Assembly: GCA_965205505.1 (NCBI GenBank)
Contig: CBDBHB010000009.1
Span: 736,001-800,000 of the forward strand
Origin: Acidobacteriota bacterium
GTDB lineage: Bacteria > Acidobacteriota > UBA890 > WLXD01
Direction: 5' to 3'
DNA length: 64,000 nt
In this document: one piece after another, positions 28,749-37,589 of the stretch
Position numbering within the stretch: position 1 is the first letter of the stretch
How the letters are laid out: each line of letters opens with the position of its first letter
Notes under the pieces: generated by a model
What the model saw: only the letters and a program-made list of their open reading frames with translations
Told to the model about the DNA's origin: nothing
Databases searched by the model: none
Program-made: the position numbers and the translations under genes

Positions 28749-31196
28749 ATGAGCAAGCAAATCGCATTCGCCGGGCTGGCATGTCTCTTCATCGTCGCTT
28801 TCGCGGCGCCGGCGCAGGCTCAGATCGGCTACGGCTCGGCCGTGGCCGTCGGCGACGGCGAGGTCTTTGTGGGCGAGTCCGGAAACCAAGTGACCTCCGG
28901 GTTCGTGTACGTCTATCGACCCGGTAGCGGCGGCTGGGGCGAGACGTCCCGCATCGCCGCACCGGACGCCGCCGAAGCCGACGGATTCGGTCGTGCGATC
29001 GCCACCAGCGGGACCATCCTGATGGTCGGGGCGAGCGCCGCCGACCACGGCGTCGTGCACGTGTACCAACGTCTCGACAGCGGCTGGATGGTGACCGGGA
29101 GGATTACCCCCGCCGAGGAGCTGGCGGGCTTTGGCAGCGTGCTGGCGATGAGCGGAGATCTCGTCATCGTGGGCTCCCCGGCCGCCACTGACGAGGCAGG
29201 AGCCGCCTTCATATATGCCCGCCAAGGCGACTCCTGGGTACGGCAGGCAAAGCTCACGGGCGATCCGCCGGCAATGCTCGGCGGATCGGCGGAAACCGCG
29301 GCTTCGGAGCCGGGCGATCGAGCTGATCCTACGATGCCCGAGCGCTACGGTGCCGCTGTGGCGATCGACGGCGACTGGGCTCTGGTCGGCGCGCCGAGCG
29401 CGGCCAGCCGCTTCGCCGGCCTCACCGGCATCGGGGGCGGCGCGCTACCCGGCAGCGTCTATGCCTACCATCGCCAGGGCGATGCCTGGGAGCAGGTGGC
29501 GAGGATCACGCCGGAAACCGCCACGCCGGGCTCGGCCTTCGGCATCGCCTTGGCGCTGCGCGACGGCGAAGCGCTCATCGGCGCTCCGCGTGCCAACAGC
29601 GGTTCTGGTGGCGTCCACGTTTACACCTACGACGCCGAAGCCGAGCAATGGACGCCGGGCACGACTCTGCTGCCGTTCGACGCCACGCAAGGCATCGCGT
29701 TCGGCAGCACCGTCGCCCTTTGTGATCGCGAAGTCTACGTGGGCGCACCGGGCGTCGACGACCGTCGCGGCGTCGTTTATCACGTTACCCGTGATGCCGA
29801 TGGCAACTGGACCGATGTGACGAAGTACGGAACGAACGGCCTGGGGCGGGGCGCCAGCTTCGCCAGCGCCTTGGCGGCTCGAGGCGACACGCTGGTCGTG
29901 GGGATCCCCGGCGACGACTACGGAGCCGGGACCGCCATGATCCTGTCGCGCGCCCTCGGCGGCTGGGACCGCTCACGGGTTCTCAGCGACATCCGCGGTC
30001 TCGATCCCATCACCGGAGTCGCGGTGCCGTGTCGCAACGGCAAGGCAGATCGTTTCCCCTGCCAGGAGGTCGACCTGCTCTCGTTCCTGCCGGTCGGTGC
30101 GCTCGGCGGCGGTCGTGGCGTGCGAACAAACGATATCTGGGGCTGGACGGATACGGAGACCGGTCGTGAGTACGCGCTCGTGGGGCTCACCGATCGGGCC
30201 TCCTTCGTCGACGTGACCGACCCGGTCAACCCGACCTTCGTCGGCAGCCTGTTGAGGACCGACGGTTCGCCGGGGAGCTCCTGGCGCGACATCAAGGTCT
30301 CCGGCAACCACGCATTCATCGTGTCCGATGCGGCCGCCGAGCACGGCGTGCAGATCCTCGACTTGACCCGCCTGAGGGAGTTCGATGGTACGCCGATCAC
30401 GTTCACGGAAGATGCTCACTACGATCGCATCCACAGCGCCCACAACATCGTCATGAACGAGGAAACAGCGGTCGCGTTCGTGGTCGGCGCCAGCGGCGGA
30501 GGAGACACCTGCGGCGGCGGGCTCCACATGATCAACGTCGAGGACCCGCGCGATCCGGTCTTCGAGGGCTGCTTCGCCGATACCGCGACCGGCCGAGCCA
30601 ACAGCGGCTACTCCCACGACGCCCAGTGCGTGACCTACGCTGGTCCGGACAGGCGCTTCGAGGGCCACGAGATCTGCTTCGGATACAACGGCACGGCGGT
30701 GAGCATCGCCGACGTCAGCGACAAGCGGAACCCGGTGGCCGTCGCCGTCGCGACCTACCCGAACTACGCCTACTCACATCAGGGATGGCTGACCGAGGAC
30801 CACCGCTACGTCTACATGAACGACGAGCTGGACGAGGTCTCTGGGCTTACCGAGGGTACCCGCACGATGATCTTCGACGTTCAGGAGCTCGATGACCCGA
30901 TCTTGGTCGGCGAGTACGTCTCCGACAACAAGGCGATCGACCACAATCTCTTCGTGCGTGGCGGGCGGATGTACCAGTCGAACTACGACTCGGGGCTGCG
31001 CGTTTTTGACATCAGCGATCCCGAGAACCCGCAGCCGGTCGGTTACCTCGACACCGTGCCGTGGGGTGAGGACGGCAGCGGGATGAGCGGCTCGTGGGGC
31101 AACTACCCGTTCTTCGAGAGCGGCGCGGTGGCAGTCACCAGCGGCCGCCAGGGGCTGTTCCTCGTGCGAGTGCGTGGAGAGGAGGGACAGAAATGA
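28749..31196 (+). CDS. Choice-of-anchor B family protein with N-terminal FG-GAP repeats
   Basis: FG...GAP repeats, then NDIWGWTD, SSWRDIK, AHNIV, YSHDAQCV, HQGWLTED, IDHN, WGNYPFF. Confidence 0.9.
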   Translation: MSKQIAFAGLACLFIVAFAAPAQAQIGYGSAVAVGDGEVFVGESGNQVTSGFVYVYRPGSGGWGETSRIAAPDAAEADGFGRAIATSGTILMVGASAADHGVVHVYQRLDSGWMVTGRITPAEELAGFGSVLAMSGDLVIVGSPAATDEAGAAFIYARQGDSWVRQAKLTGDPPAMLGGSAETAASEPGDRADPTMPERYGAAVAIDGDWALVGAPSAASRFAGLTGIGGGALPGSVYAYHRQGDAWEQVARITPETATPGSAFGIALALRDGEALIGAPRANSGSGGVHVYTYDAEAEQWTPGTTLLPFDATQGIAFGSTVALCDREVYVGAPGVDDRRGVVYHVTRDADGNWTDVTKYGTNGLGRGASFASALAARGDTLVVGIPGDDYGAGTAMILSRALGGWDRSRVLSDIRGLDPITGVAVPCRNGKADRFPCQEVDLLSFLPVGALGGGRGVRTNDIWGWTDTETGREYALVGLTDRASFVDVTDPVNPTFVGSLLRTDGSPGSSWRDIKVSGNHAFIVSDAAAEHGVQILDLTRLREFDGTPITFTEDAHYDRIHSAHNIVMNEETAVAFVVGASGGGDTCGGGLHMINVEDPRDPVFEGCFADTATGRANSGYSHDAQCVTYAGPDRRFEGHEICFGYNGTAVSIADVSDKRNPVAVAVATYPNYAYSHQGWLTEDHRYVYMNDELDEVSGLTEGTRTMIFDVQELDDPILVGEYVSDNKAIDHNLFVRGGRMYQSNYDSGLRVFDISDPENPQPVGYLDTVPWGEDGSGMSGSWGNYPFFESGAVAVTSGRQGLFLVRVRGEEGQK

Positions 31197-31207
31197 GCCG
31201 CGGCCTG

Positions 31208-31858
31208 CTAGGGAGCGAGCTCCGGCTCGCGAGGGAGTACCCGGATTGCGCCGTGGCGTCGCCGGGCGATGAACGCCGTGAGCCTCAGTAGCAGCGAGCC
31301 GATCAACAACGATGTGATCGACAGATAGAGCCACCGCTCGGCCATCAACCCACGTCGCACCGTCGACAGCGAATACAGCCAGTTCGTCCTGAAGAACACC
31401 CACCAGAGCCCGTACATCCCGAGCGTGTGGAGCAGGCGCCAGGCGCCGGGGGTCATCCGTTTGCTGAACCGGTCGAATGACGTCAGCGCCAGTGCGACAA
31501 CGACAGCGAGACCGCCGTACGATTCGACCCGATCCAGCACCGACAGTCCGCTCCAGGCGACGCCACGATTGAAGCTAGCCAGCCATACGATCGCCAACAT
31601 GTTCAGCGCGAAGCCGTAGGCAAAGGCGAGGCCGAGGTGCTTGCGGTTGTCCAGCAACCAATTTGCGGTGCCACCGGGCCACAGCGTGCCGACGGCCGCG
31701 GCAACGAAAGCCAGCAGAAAGGGCACCACGGAGGCGCGAATGGTCCAGCGGACCAGCAGACGCGCCGTTTCCTCGTCCTCTGCCCCGGCCACGAGGCCCC
31801 ACACGGCGACCGCCGTCATTGCGGCCGCAGTAGCCCAGAACAGCGTCCACCGTCGCAT
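31208..31858 (-). CDS. Membrane protein, ferric reductase/MsrQ-like transmembrane family
   Basis: Six TM segments; NRKHLGLAFA, LALTSF, WRLLHTLG. Confidence 0.65.
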   Translation of the reverse strand: MRRWTLFWATAAAMTAVAVWGLVAGAEDEETARLLVRWTIRASVVPFLLAFVAAAVGTLWPGGTANWLLDNRKHLGLAFAYGFALNMLAIVWLASFNRGVAWSGLSVLDRVESYGGLAVVVALALTSFDRFSKRMTPGAWRLLHTLGMYGLWWVFFRTNWLYSLSTVRRGLMAERWLYLSITSLLIGSLLLRLTAFIARRRHGAIRVLPREPELAP

Positions 31859-32173
31859 GGCGTGATTCCTCGGGAGCGTGGATCGTAGCCTGCCAGCTGT
31901 GGCATCGTGGCGCCACCGTGAGCCTTGAATTTCTTCGCGTTCGTCCCCCGGGTGACGACGGCAGTGGGATGAGGTGCATACGTTGGACGAGAAACTGAGA
32001 GAACCGGCGGCGATCGCCACCGAGCGCTCCTATTGGTGGAGCGTGCATTGTTTGCTTGATGCCGACGAAGGACAACCCGAACCAGATCACCTCGATGACG
32101 GCGATGGTGCTGATGTTCGAGCAGGTCGCGTTGATCGCCGACACGCTACGCAACACAGGTCCGTGAGGCCAGC

Positions 32174-34453
32174 CTAGCGGGCGCCAGCGGGTAGGTTCTC
32201 GGTTAGGTAGCGCGTCAACAACCCATACAGATGCCGCGTCGTTCCCCCGCCCTCGGAGATACCGTGGGTTCGGTTCGGGTAGGCCATCATGGTGAAGTGC
32301 TTGCCGGCGGATACGAGGCGGTTGATCAACGCCTCTGTGCCCTGGTAGTGCACGTTGTCGTCGCCCGTCCCGTGCACGATCAGCAAGTTGCCCACGAGCC
32401 CATGGGCGTGGGTAATCGGTGAGCCCTTGCGGTAGCCCTCCGGGTTGCCCTGCGGCGTCCCCATGTAGCGCTCCTGATAGATGGTGTCGTAGTAGCGCTG
32501 GTCGGGCACCGGTGCTACCGACATCCCGATGCTGTAAATCTCGGGATGGCGAAACATCGCGTTTAGCGTCATGGAGCCGCCGCCACTCCAGCCCCAGATG
32601 CCGATGCGGTCGGGGTCAACGTAGTCGCGGGTAGCGATAATCTGCCGCACCGCGTCGGCTTGGTCCTGCGAGGCCAGCGTGCCGATCTCGCCGTAGACGA
32701 TCTTGCGCCAGTCGCGACCGCGTGGCGCCGGTGTGCCGCGGTTGTCGACGCTTACGACCAGGTAGCCGAGCTGGGCGACGTAGCGATGCCAGAGCATCCG
32801 AGATCCACCCCACCGGTCGAGCACCGTCTGGTCCCACGGCTCGCCGTAGACGAAGAAGAGCACCGGGTACCTGCGGGCGGGGTCGAAGTCGGGCGGGTAC
32901 AGCACCCAGGCGTCGAGGTCGAGATCAGGCTTGGTCTGGACTCGGAAGAACTCCACCGGCGGCAGGTCGAGAGCCTCGATTCGCTGACGTGCGACAGCGT
33001 TGTCGACCAACACACGCACCGAGGCGTGCTCCGGCAATGAGACCAGCTCGACCTGCGGCGGTGTGGAGAAGCTGGACCAAGTGTGGAATGCCCAACGGCC
33101 TCCTGGCGCGACGTCGTAGGTATGGTCGCCGCCGGTGTCTACTGGTGTCAGGGCCTCTGCGGTTGGCTGCGGACCCACGGGCGCCAAGGGCGTGCGGTAA
33201 AGGAAACGTTGGGACGGATCGGGGGTGGCCAGGTAGTAGAGCCAGCCGCCAGCCTCATCGACCCGTACTACTCCTAGAATGTCGGAACCTGTCGGAGTGA
33301 GCGCCACCACCGAGCGTCCATCGCGTGAGATCCGGTAGACACGTCGCCAGCCGTCGCGCTCGCTCACCCAGGTGAACGCGTTGCCGCCGTCGAGCCAGCG
33401 TAGGTCGTCGCGGACGTCGACCCACGCCTCGTCGGTCTCGACCAGCACCTCGAGAGCCTTGCCGGTACGGGTGTCGGCCAGATAGACCGTGTTCTCGTTC
33501 TGACGGCGATTCAGGTACTGAACCACGAGCTGCGTCGAGTTCGTCGCCCATTCCATCCGCGCGATGTAGTTGTTGCGCGGCGAGCCGGGCAGCGCTACCC
33601 ATACGGCGTCGCCGCCGCCTGCGGGAATGATCGCGAGGCGCGCCGCCGCGTTTACCTCTCCGGCTTTGGGGTATGGAATCTCGGTGAGCACCGGGTACAG
33701 CTGCGCGGTGTTGTTCGCTAGCGTGAACTTGCGCACTAGCGACTGGTCGAGCTGCCAGAAGGCGATGTGGGTGCCGTCGGGACTCCAGCGAAACCCGTCG
33801 CGCAGACCTAGCTCTTCCTCGTAAACCCAGTCGAATGTCCCGTTGATGATGGTGTCCGACCCGTCGTGCGTCAGCTGTGTAACCACGTCGTTGCGTAGGT
33901 CGTGCATGAACAGGTTGTTGTCCGTGACGTAGGCGATGCGGCTGGAGTCGGGCGAGAACTTGGCAAACATCTGCCGCGCGTTTCGCATCGTGCTGCCGAC
34001 CTTACGCAGGTCGCCCGAATCGAGATCCAGCACCCAATAGTCGCCGCGCGTGTTTCGGCGCCAGACGCGCTGCGAGTTGGTGAAGATGCTCAGCAGACGG
34101 CCGTCGGGTGACCAGTCGTAGTCGTCGATCGACAAGGCCTGTTCGCGATTGAACTCGGGAACAAGGCGCTCGGCGCCCACCAACACCTGCCGGTCGCCGC
34201 TAGCGGCGTCGTAACGCACGATGTCCTCGGCGCCGGGCAGGCGTGCGGATGGTTCGACGGTCGTGTAACTGTCGCCGTCCAGCCAGCGCGCCGGGCCGAA
34301 GGTGTCGACCGGGTAGACGTCGCTCGAGAAGATGGAATCGAGCGTCAGATCCTGCTGGACGGAGGCTGTTTGGCCTATAGCGGGGCTCGCCGTTGCGGCA
34401 AGCGACAAAACGAGAGCACCAACCGCGAGCCAACATTGACGACAGGGGACCAT
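32174..34453 (-). CDS. S9 family peptidase (dipeptidyl peptidase IV-like)
   Basis: NGTFDWVYEEE, YPKAG, GWSGGG, HGTGDDNVH, YPNRTH. Start approximate. Confidence 0.95.
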   Translation of the reverse strand: MVPCRQCWLAVGALVLSLAATASPAIGQTASVQQDLTLDSIFSSDVYPVDTFGPARWLDGDSYTTVEPSARLPGAEDIVRYDAASGDRQVLVGAERLVPEFNREQALSIDDYDWSPDGRLLSIFTNSQRVWRRNTRGDYWVLDLDSGDLRKVGSTMRNARQMFAKFSPDSSRIAYVTDNNLFMHDLRNDVVTQLTHDGSDTIINGTFDWVYEEELGLRDGFRWSPDGTHIAFWQLDQSLVRKFTLANNTAQLYPVLTEIPYPKAGEVNAAARLAIIPAGGGDAVWVALPGSPRNNYIARMEWATNSTQLVVQYLNRRQNENTVYLADTRTGKALEVLVETDEAWVDVRDDLRWLDGGNAFTWVSERDGWRRVYRISRDGRSVVALTPTGSDILGVVRVDEAGGWLYYLATPDPSQRFLYRTPLAPVGPQPTAEALTPVDTGGDHTYDVAPGGRWAFHTWSSFSTPPQVELVSLPEHASVRVLVDNAVARQRIEALDLPPVEFFRVQTKPDLDLDAWVLYPPDFDPARRYPVLFFVYGEPWDQTVLDRWGGSRMLWHRYVAQLGYLVVSVDNRGTPAPRGRDWRKIVYGEIGTLASQDQADAVRQIIATRDYVDPDRIGIWGWSGGGSMTLNAMFRHPEIYSIGMSVAPVPDQRYYDTIYQERYMGTPQGNPEGYRKGSPITHAHGLVGNLLIVHGTGDDNVHYQGTEALINRLVSAGKHFTMMAYPNRTHGISEGGGTTRHLYGLLTRYLTENLPAGAR

Positions 34454-34687
34454 GCGTGTGTCCTCAGGAGATGCGCGGTGCCTGCGGTACCGAAGCACGC
34501 CAGGTGCCGGGCGCGGATGGTCCAACGCGTTGGATACCAACCCGAGCATAGCCGATGCCGGTGCACCGAGCACGAGTATGGTTGTAGGGTGTCGTCCACC
34601 GGGTTCAACGCCCGTGAGGTACGCTCTGGCGCTGCCCGGTTCGCACTTCGGCCACTCCAAACGCAAGGCTCCGAGTAGATTCACAGA

Positions 34688-36514
34688 ATGCTGATCCAAC
34701 GCACCCTCGTTGTCGCCGCGGTCGGTTGCACGCTTCTAGCGGGCCTGACAACGATTCCCTCTGCCGCGCAGGAAGCTGCGGGCTGGCGTCAATGGGGCGG
34801 CCTGGGCCGCGACTTCATCACCGACGTCACTGGCCTTGCCGACAGATGGCCGGCGGAGGGCCCGCCGGTTCTCTGGAGCCGCCCGCTCGGTACCGGCCAC
34901 TCGGCGATCCTCGTCGACGACGGACGCCTGTTCACACAGTACCGCGTCGGTAACGGCCGGGATCGCGGTGGGCCGTGGGATGAGGAAGAGATCGTCATCG
35001 CCCTCGCGGCCTCCGACGGCGCCACTCTGTGGGAATACACCTACCCGTCCCGGCACGAGAACTTCGACTACGGCGCCGGCCCACACGCTACGCCGCTGCT
35101 GGTCGGCGATCGGCTCTTCGCCGCCGGCACCAACAAGCAGCTGTTCGCCTTCGACAAGCGGTCCGGCGAAGTGCTGTGGTCACATGACCTGATCGCCGAT
35201 TTCGGTGCGCCAACCAACCTGATTCGAGCGATCGTCAAGACGGGCTTTGGCAGCAGCCCCATCGCGTACAAGGACATGGTGATTGTTCCAGTCGGCGGCC
35301 CCGGGCAGTCGTTGATGGCGTTCCGTCAGCGCGATGGCGAGGTGGCATGGCGCGGCGGCGATTTCTTGTTTTCGCCCTCGCCTCCGATCCTCATCGACCT
35401 CGATGGGCAGACGCAGCTCGTCTACCTGGCCGGCGCCAGCGTCGTGGGCCTCGATCCGGACGACGGCCAGGTGCTGTGGGCAGTGCCGCACGACCCCGGC
35501 AACGACCTCAACATGACGGCGCCACAGTGGGGCGACGACAACATCCTGTTCCTTTCCTCCGGGTACAGGGCGGGAAGCCGCGCCATTCGGCTGACGCTCG
35601 ACGGCCAGACCAGCAGGACCGAGGAGCTGTGGTTCACGTCCCGAATTCCGTTCATGTTCCTGAACACGATCCGGCGCGGCAGCTTCGTCTATGGAACCAG
35701 CGGGACCTTCGGGCCCGCATTCATGACCGCGCTCGACGTGCGAACCGGCGAGCCCGCCTGGCAGCAGCGCGGCTTCAAGCGCGCCAGCCTGCTGTACGCC
35801 GACGATAAGTTCATCGTCATGGACGAGGACGGCGACCTGGCGCTCACTCGCATGACGCCCGAAGGGATGACCGTGCTGGCGCGGGCGCCGCTCTTCGACA
35901 CCACCTCGTGGACCGTACCGACCCTGGTCGGCACCACGCTCTATGCGCGCGATCGCGAGAAGATCGTGGCGCTCGATCTTGGCGCAGCGGAGCCGCCGGC
36001 GGCTCGGGCGGTCGGTAGCGACGGGACATCGGCTTCCGGCGAGACGCAGTCGGGCGGGCCCAGCAGGACGCCGAGGCCAACCGCGCACACTCACCCGAAC
36101 CTCTCCGGCATCTGGCAGCTCGACCGCGATGCCAGCCAGATAGGTACCACGGCCGCTCTCGCCGGCCTCGGCGACGGCGGCGCTCCGCTGACGCTATTCG
36201 TTACTCAGGCGGCGAACGGTACCCTCCTGCTGTCGAGCGAGGACAACCCCACGCAGGCGCGTGCCTATGCCATTGGTGGCGAGAGCCCGGTGCCGATCCT
36301 GGCCGACGACGGCGAGCCGAACACCATGACGATCGCGTCGCGATGGGACGACGGCCGGCTGGTGAACGAAGGCAGGCACCAGCGCGGCGTCACGGTGATC
36401 GACGTGCGCGAGGTGATGTCGCTGAGCGCCGACGGGCAGACGCTGATCATCGAGGTGGAGATCGACGGATCTCCCTTGCAGGGAACGTCGCGACTGCTTT
36501 ATCGACGGAGTTGA
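34688..36514 (+). CDS. PQQ-like beta-propeller protein with extra C-terminal beta-barrel-like domain
   Basis: WRQWGG, PPVLWSRPLG, GPHATP, SWTVPTL...LYARD; low-complexity linker; then PNLSGIWQLD domain. Confidence 0.8.
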   Translation: MLIQRTLVVAAVGCTLLAGLTTIPSAAQEAAGWRQWGGLGRDFITDVTGLADRWPAEGPPVLWSRPLGTGHSAILVDDGRLFTQYRVGNGRDRGGPWDEEEIVIALAASDGATLWEYTYPSRHENFDYGAGPHATPLLVGDRLFAAGTNKQLFAFDKRSGEVLWSHDLIADFGAPTNLIRAIVKTGFGSSPIAYKDMVIVPVGGPGQSLMAFRQRDGEVAWRGGDFLFSPSPPILIDLDGQTQLVYLAGASVVGLDPDDGQVLWAVPHDPGNDLNMTAPQWGDDNILFLSSGYRAGSRAIRLTLDGQTSRTEELWFTSRIPFMFLNTIRRGSFVYGTSGTFGPAFMTALDVRTGEPAWQQRGFKRASLLYADDKFIVMDEDGDLALTRMTPEGMTVLARAPLFDTTSWTVPTLVGTTLYARDREKIVALDLGAAEPPAARAVGSDGTSASGETQSGGPSRTPRPTAHTHPNLSGIWQLDRDASQIGTTAALAGLGDGGAPLTLFVTQAANGTLLLSSEDNPTQARAYAIGGESPVPILADDGEPNTMTIASRWDDGRLVNEGRHQRGVTVIDVREVMSLSADGQTLIIEVEIDGSPLQGTSRLLYRRS

Positions 36515-36580
36515 CGATGTCGACCGCCCACACGCTGGGCGCGATGATCGCGAAATCAGAGCCGTTCCGGCTCGGTCGGC

Positions 36581-37072
36581 CTATTCCGCCGGCACGGTCT
36601 GGAAATGCAGGTGGACGATCTTCCATCCGTCGTCCTGCATCATCATGCTGGTCGACATCTGGATGTTCGACTGGGAGACCGAGCCATCCGCGCTGCGGTA
36701 GTCGGCCGTCAACATGTAGGACACTACCGCCGCGTCCCCCGACGGCGAGAGCTGCACTAACGCGTTCGAGACTCTCGCCGACGCCACGCCACCGCCGCTG
36801 GCGACGTACTCGGTCCACGATGAGTGATACGCGTCCCAGCTGCCGCGGCCGCCCGGACCCCACCACGTCAGCTCCTTGGCGTAGTGGCCCAGGTACCCGT
36901 CCACGTCGTTGGCTCGGTACGCATCGGTCATCGACTCGACGTGCGCCAGCGCCGACTGCTCGAGATCACTCATTTCCTGCGCCGTGGCCAGCGGCGTCGT
37001 GACGCCGGCGCCAACAAGCACAGCGACCGCGATCAGCGTCAAAATCCGTTGCCTTCTCCAAGAGCTCAACAT
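36581..37072 (-). CDS. NTF2/SnoaL-like (DUF4440-type) secreted protein
   Basis: GGAGG RBS, signal peptide, C-terminal DGWKIVHLHF. Confidence 0.8.
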   Translation of the reverse strand: MLSSWRRQRILTLIAVAVLVGAGVTTPLATAQEMSDLEQSALAHVESMTDAYRANDVDGYLGHYAKELTWWGPGGRGSWDAYHSSWTEYVASGGGVASARVSNALVQLSPSGDAAVVSYMLTADYRSADGSVSQSNIQMSTSMMMQDDGWKIVHLHFQTVPAE

Positions 37073-37263
37073 GAACTGTTCCTCCGCTGTGTTCGCTTCG
37101 GTCAAGATCTCGGCCGCACACTACTCCTGAGATCGAGAATCCGCAAAGGGCGAGGGCCGAATAGCCGTTACCGGTCAGGCGAGGCTCAATCGGGCCGGAT
37201 CTCGGTTTGGCCGGGCGACAGGACCGCGACGCCGGCGGCCCTGGCGGCGCGCGCCAACGCTAG

Positions 37264-37548
37264 GCCGGCTTTGATGCGGCGCGCGACATCGTCGCCATCG
37301 TCAACAACCGCTGGCCGCACGGTTATGCTGGCGCGTCGAACGATCTCTACGATCCCGAATGGGGCTACGACGAAGCGCCGTGGGTGGTGGGTCGCAAGCG
37401 CTTCGGCCGCATCGCCATCGCCAACTCGGATGCGGCCGCGACCTGCCTCACCCAGGCGGCCTGGGACCAGGCGCACCGGGCCGTGCAGGAGTTGCTGACC
37501 GATGTGATTCGGCCGGAGTTTCAATATCCGTGGGCGGAGAGGACCTAA
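37264..37548 (+). pseudogene. C-terminal remnant of a spermidine dehydrogenase-like flavoprotein
   Basis: Frame with no credible start, absent from the ORF track: AGFDAARDIVAIVNNRWPHGYA...PWVVGRKRFGRIAIANSDAAA...AAWDQAHRAVQEL...stop; in-frame TAG at 37261. Confidence 0.75.
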
Positions 37549-37589
37549 CAGGGTGCTTCAGCACCCTGTTAAGCCAGCCGCCAGATTTC

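Noticed and set aside
37186-37524. 112-aa minus-strand hypothetical ORF
   Set aside because: The opposite strand encodes a recognisable dehydrogenase C-terminus.
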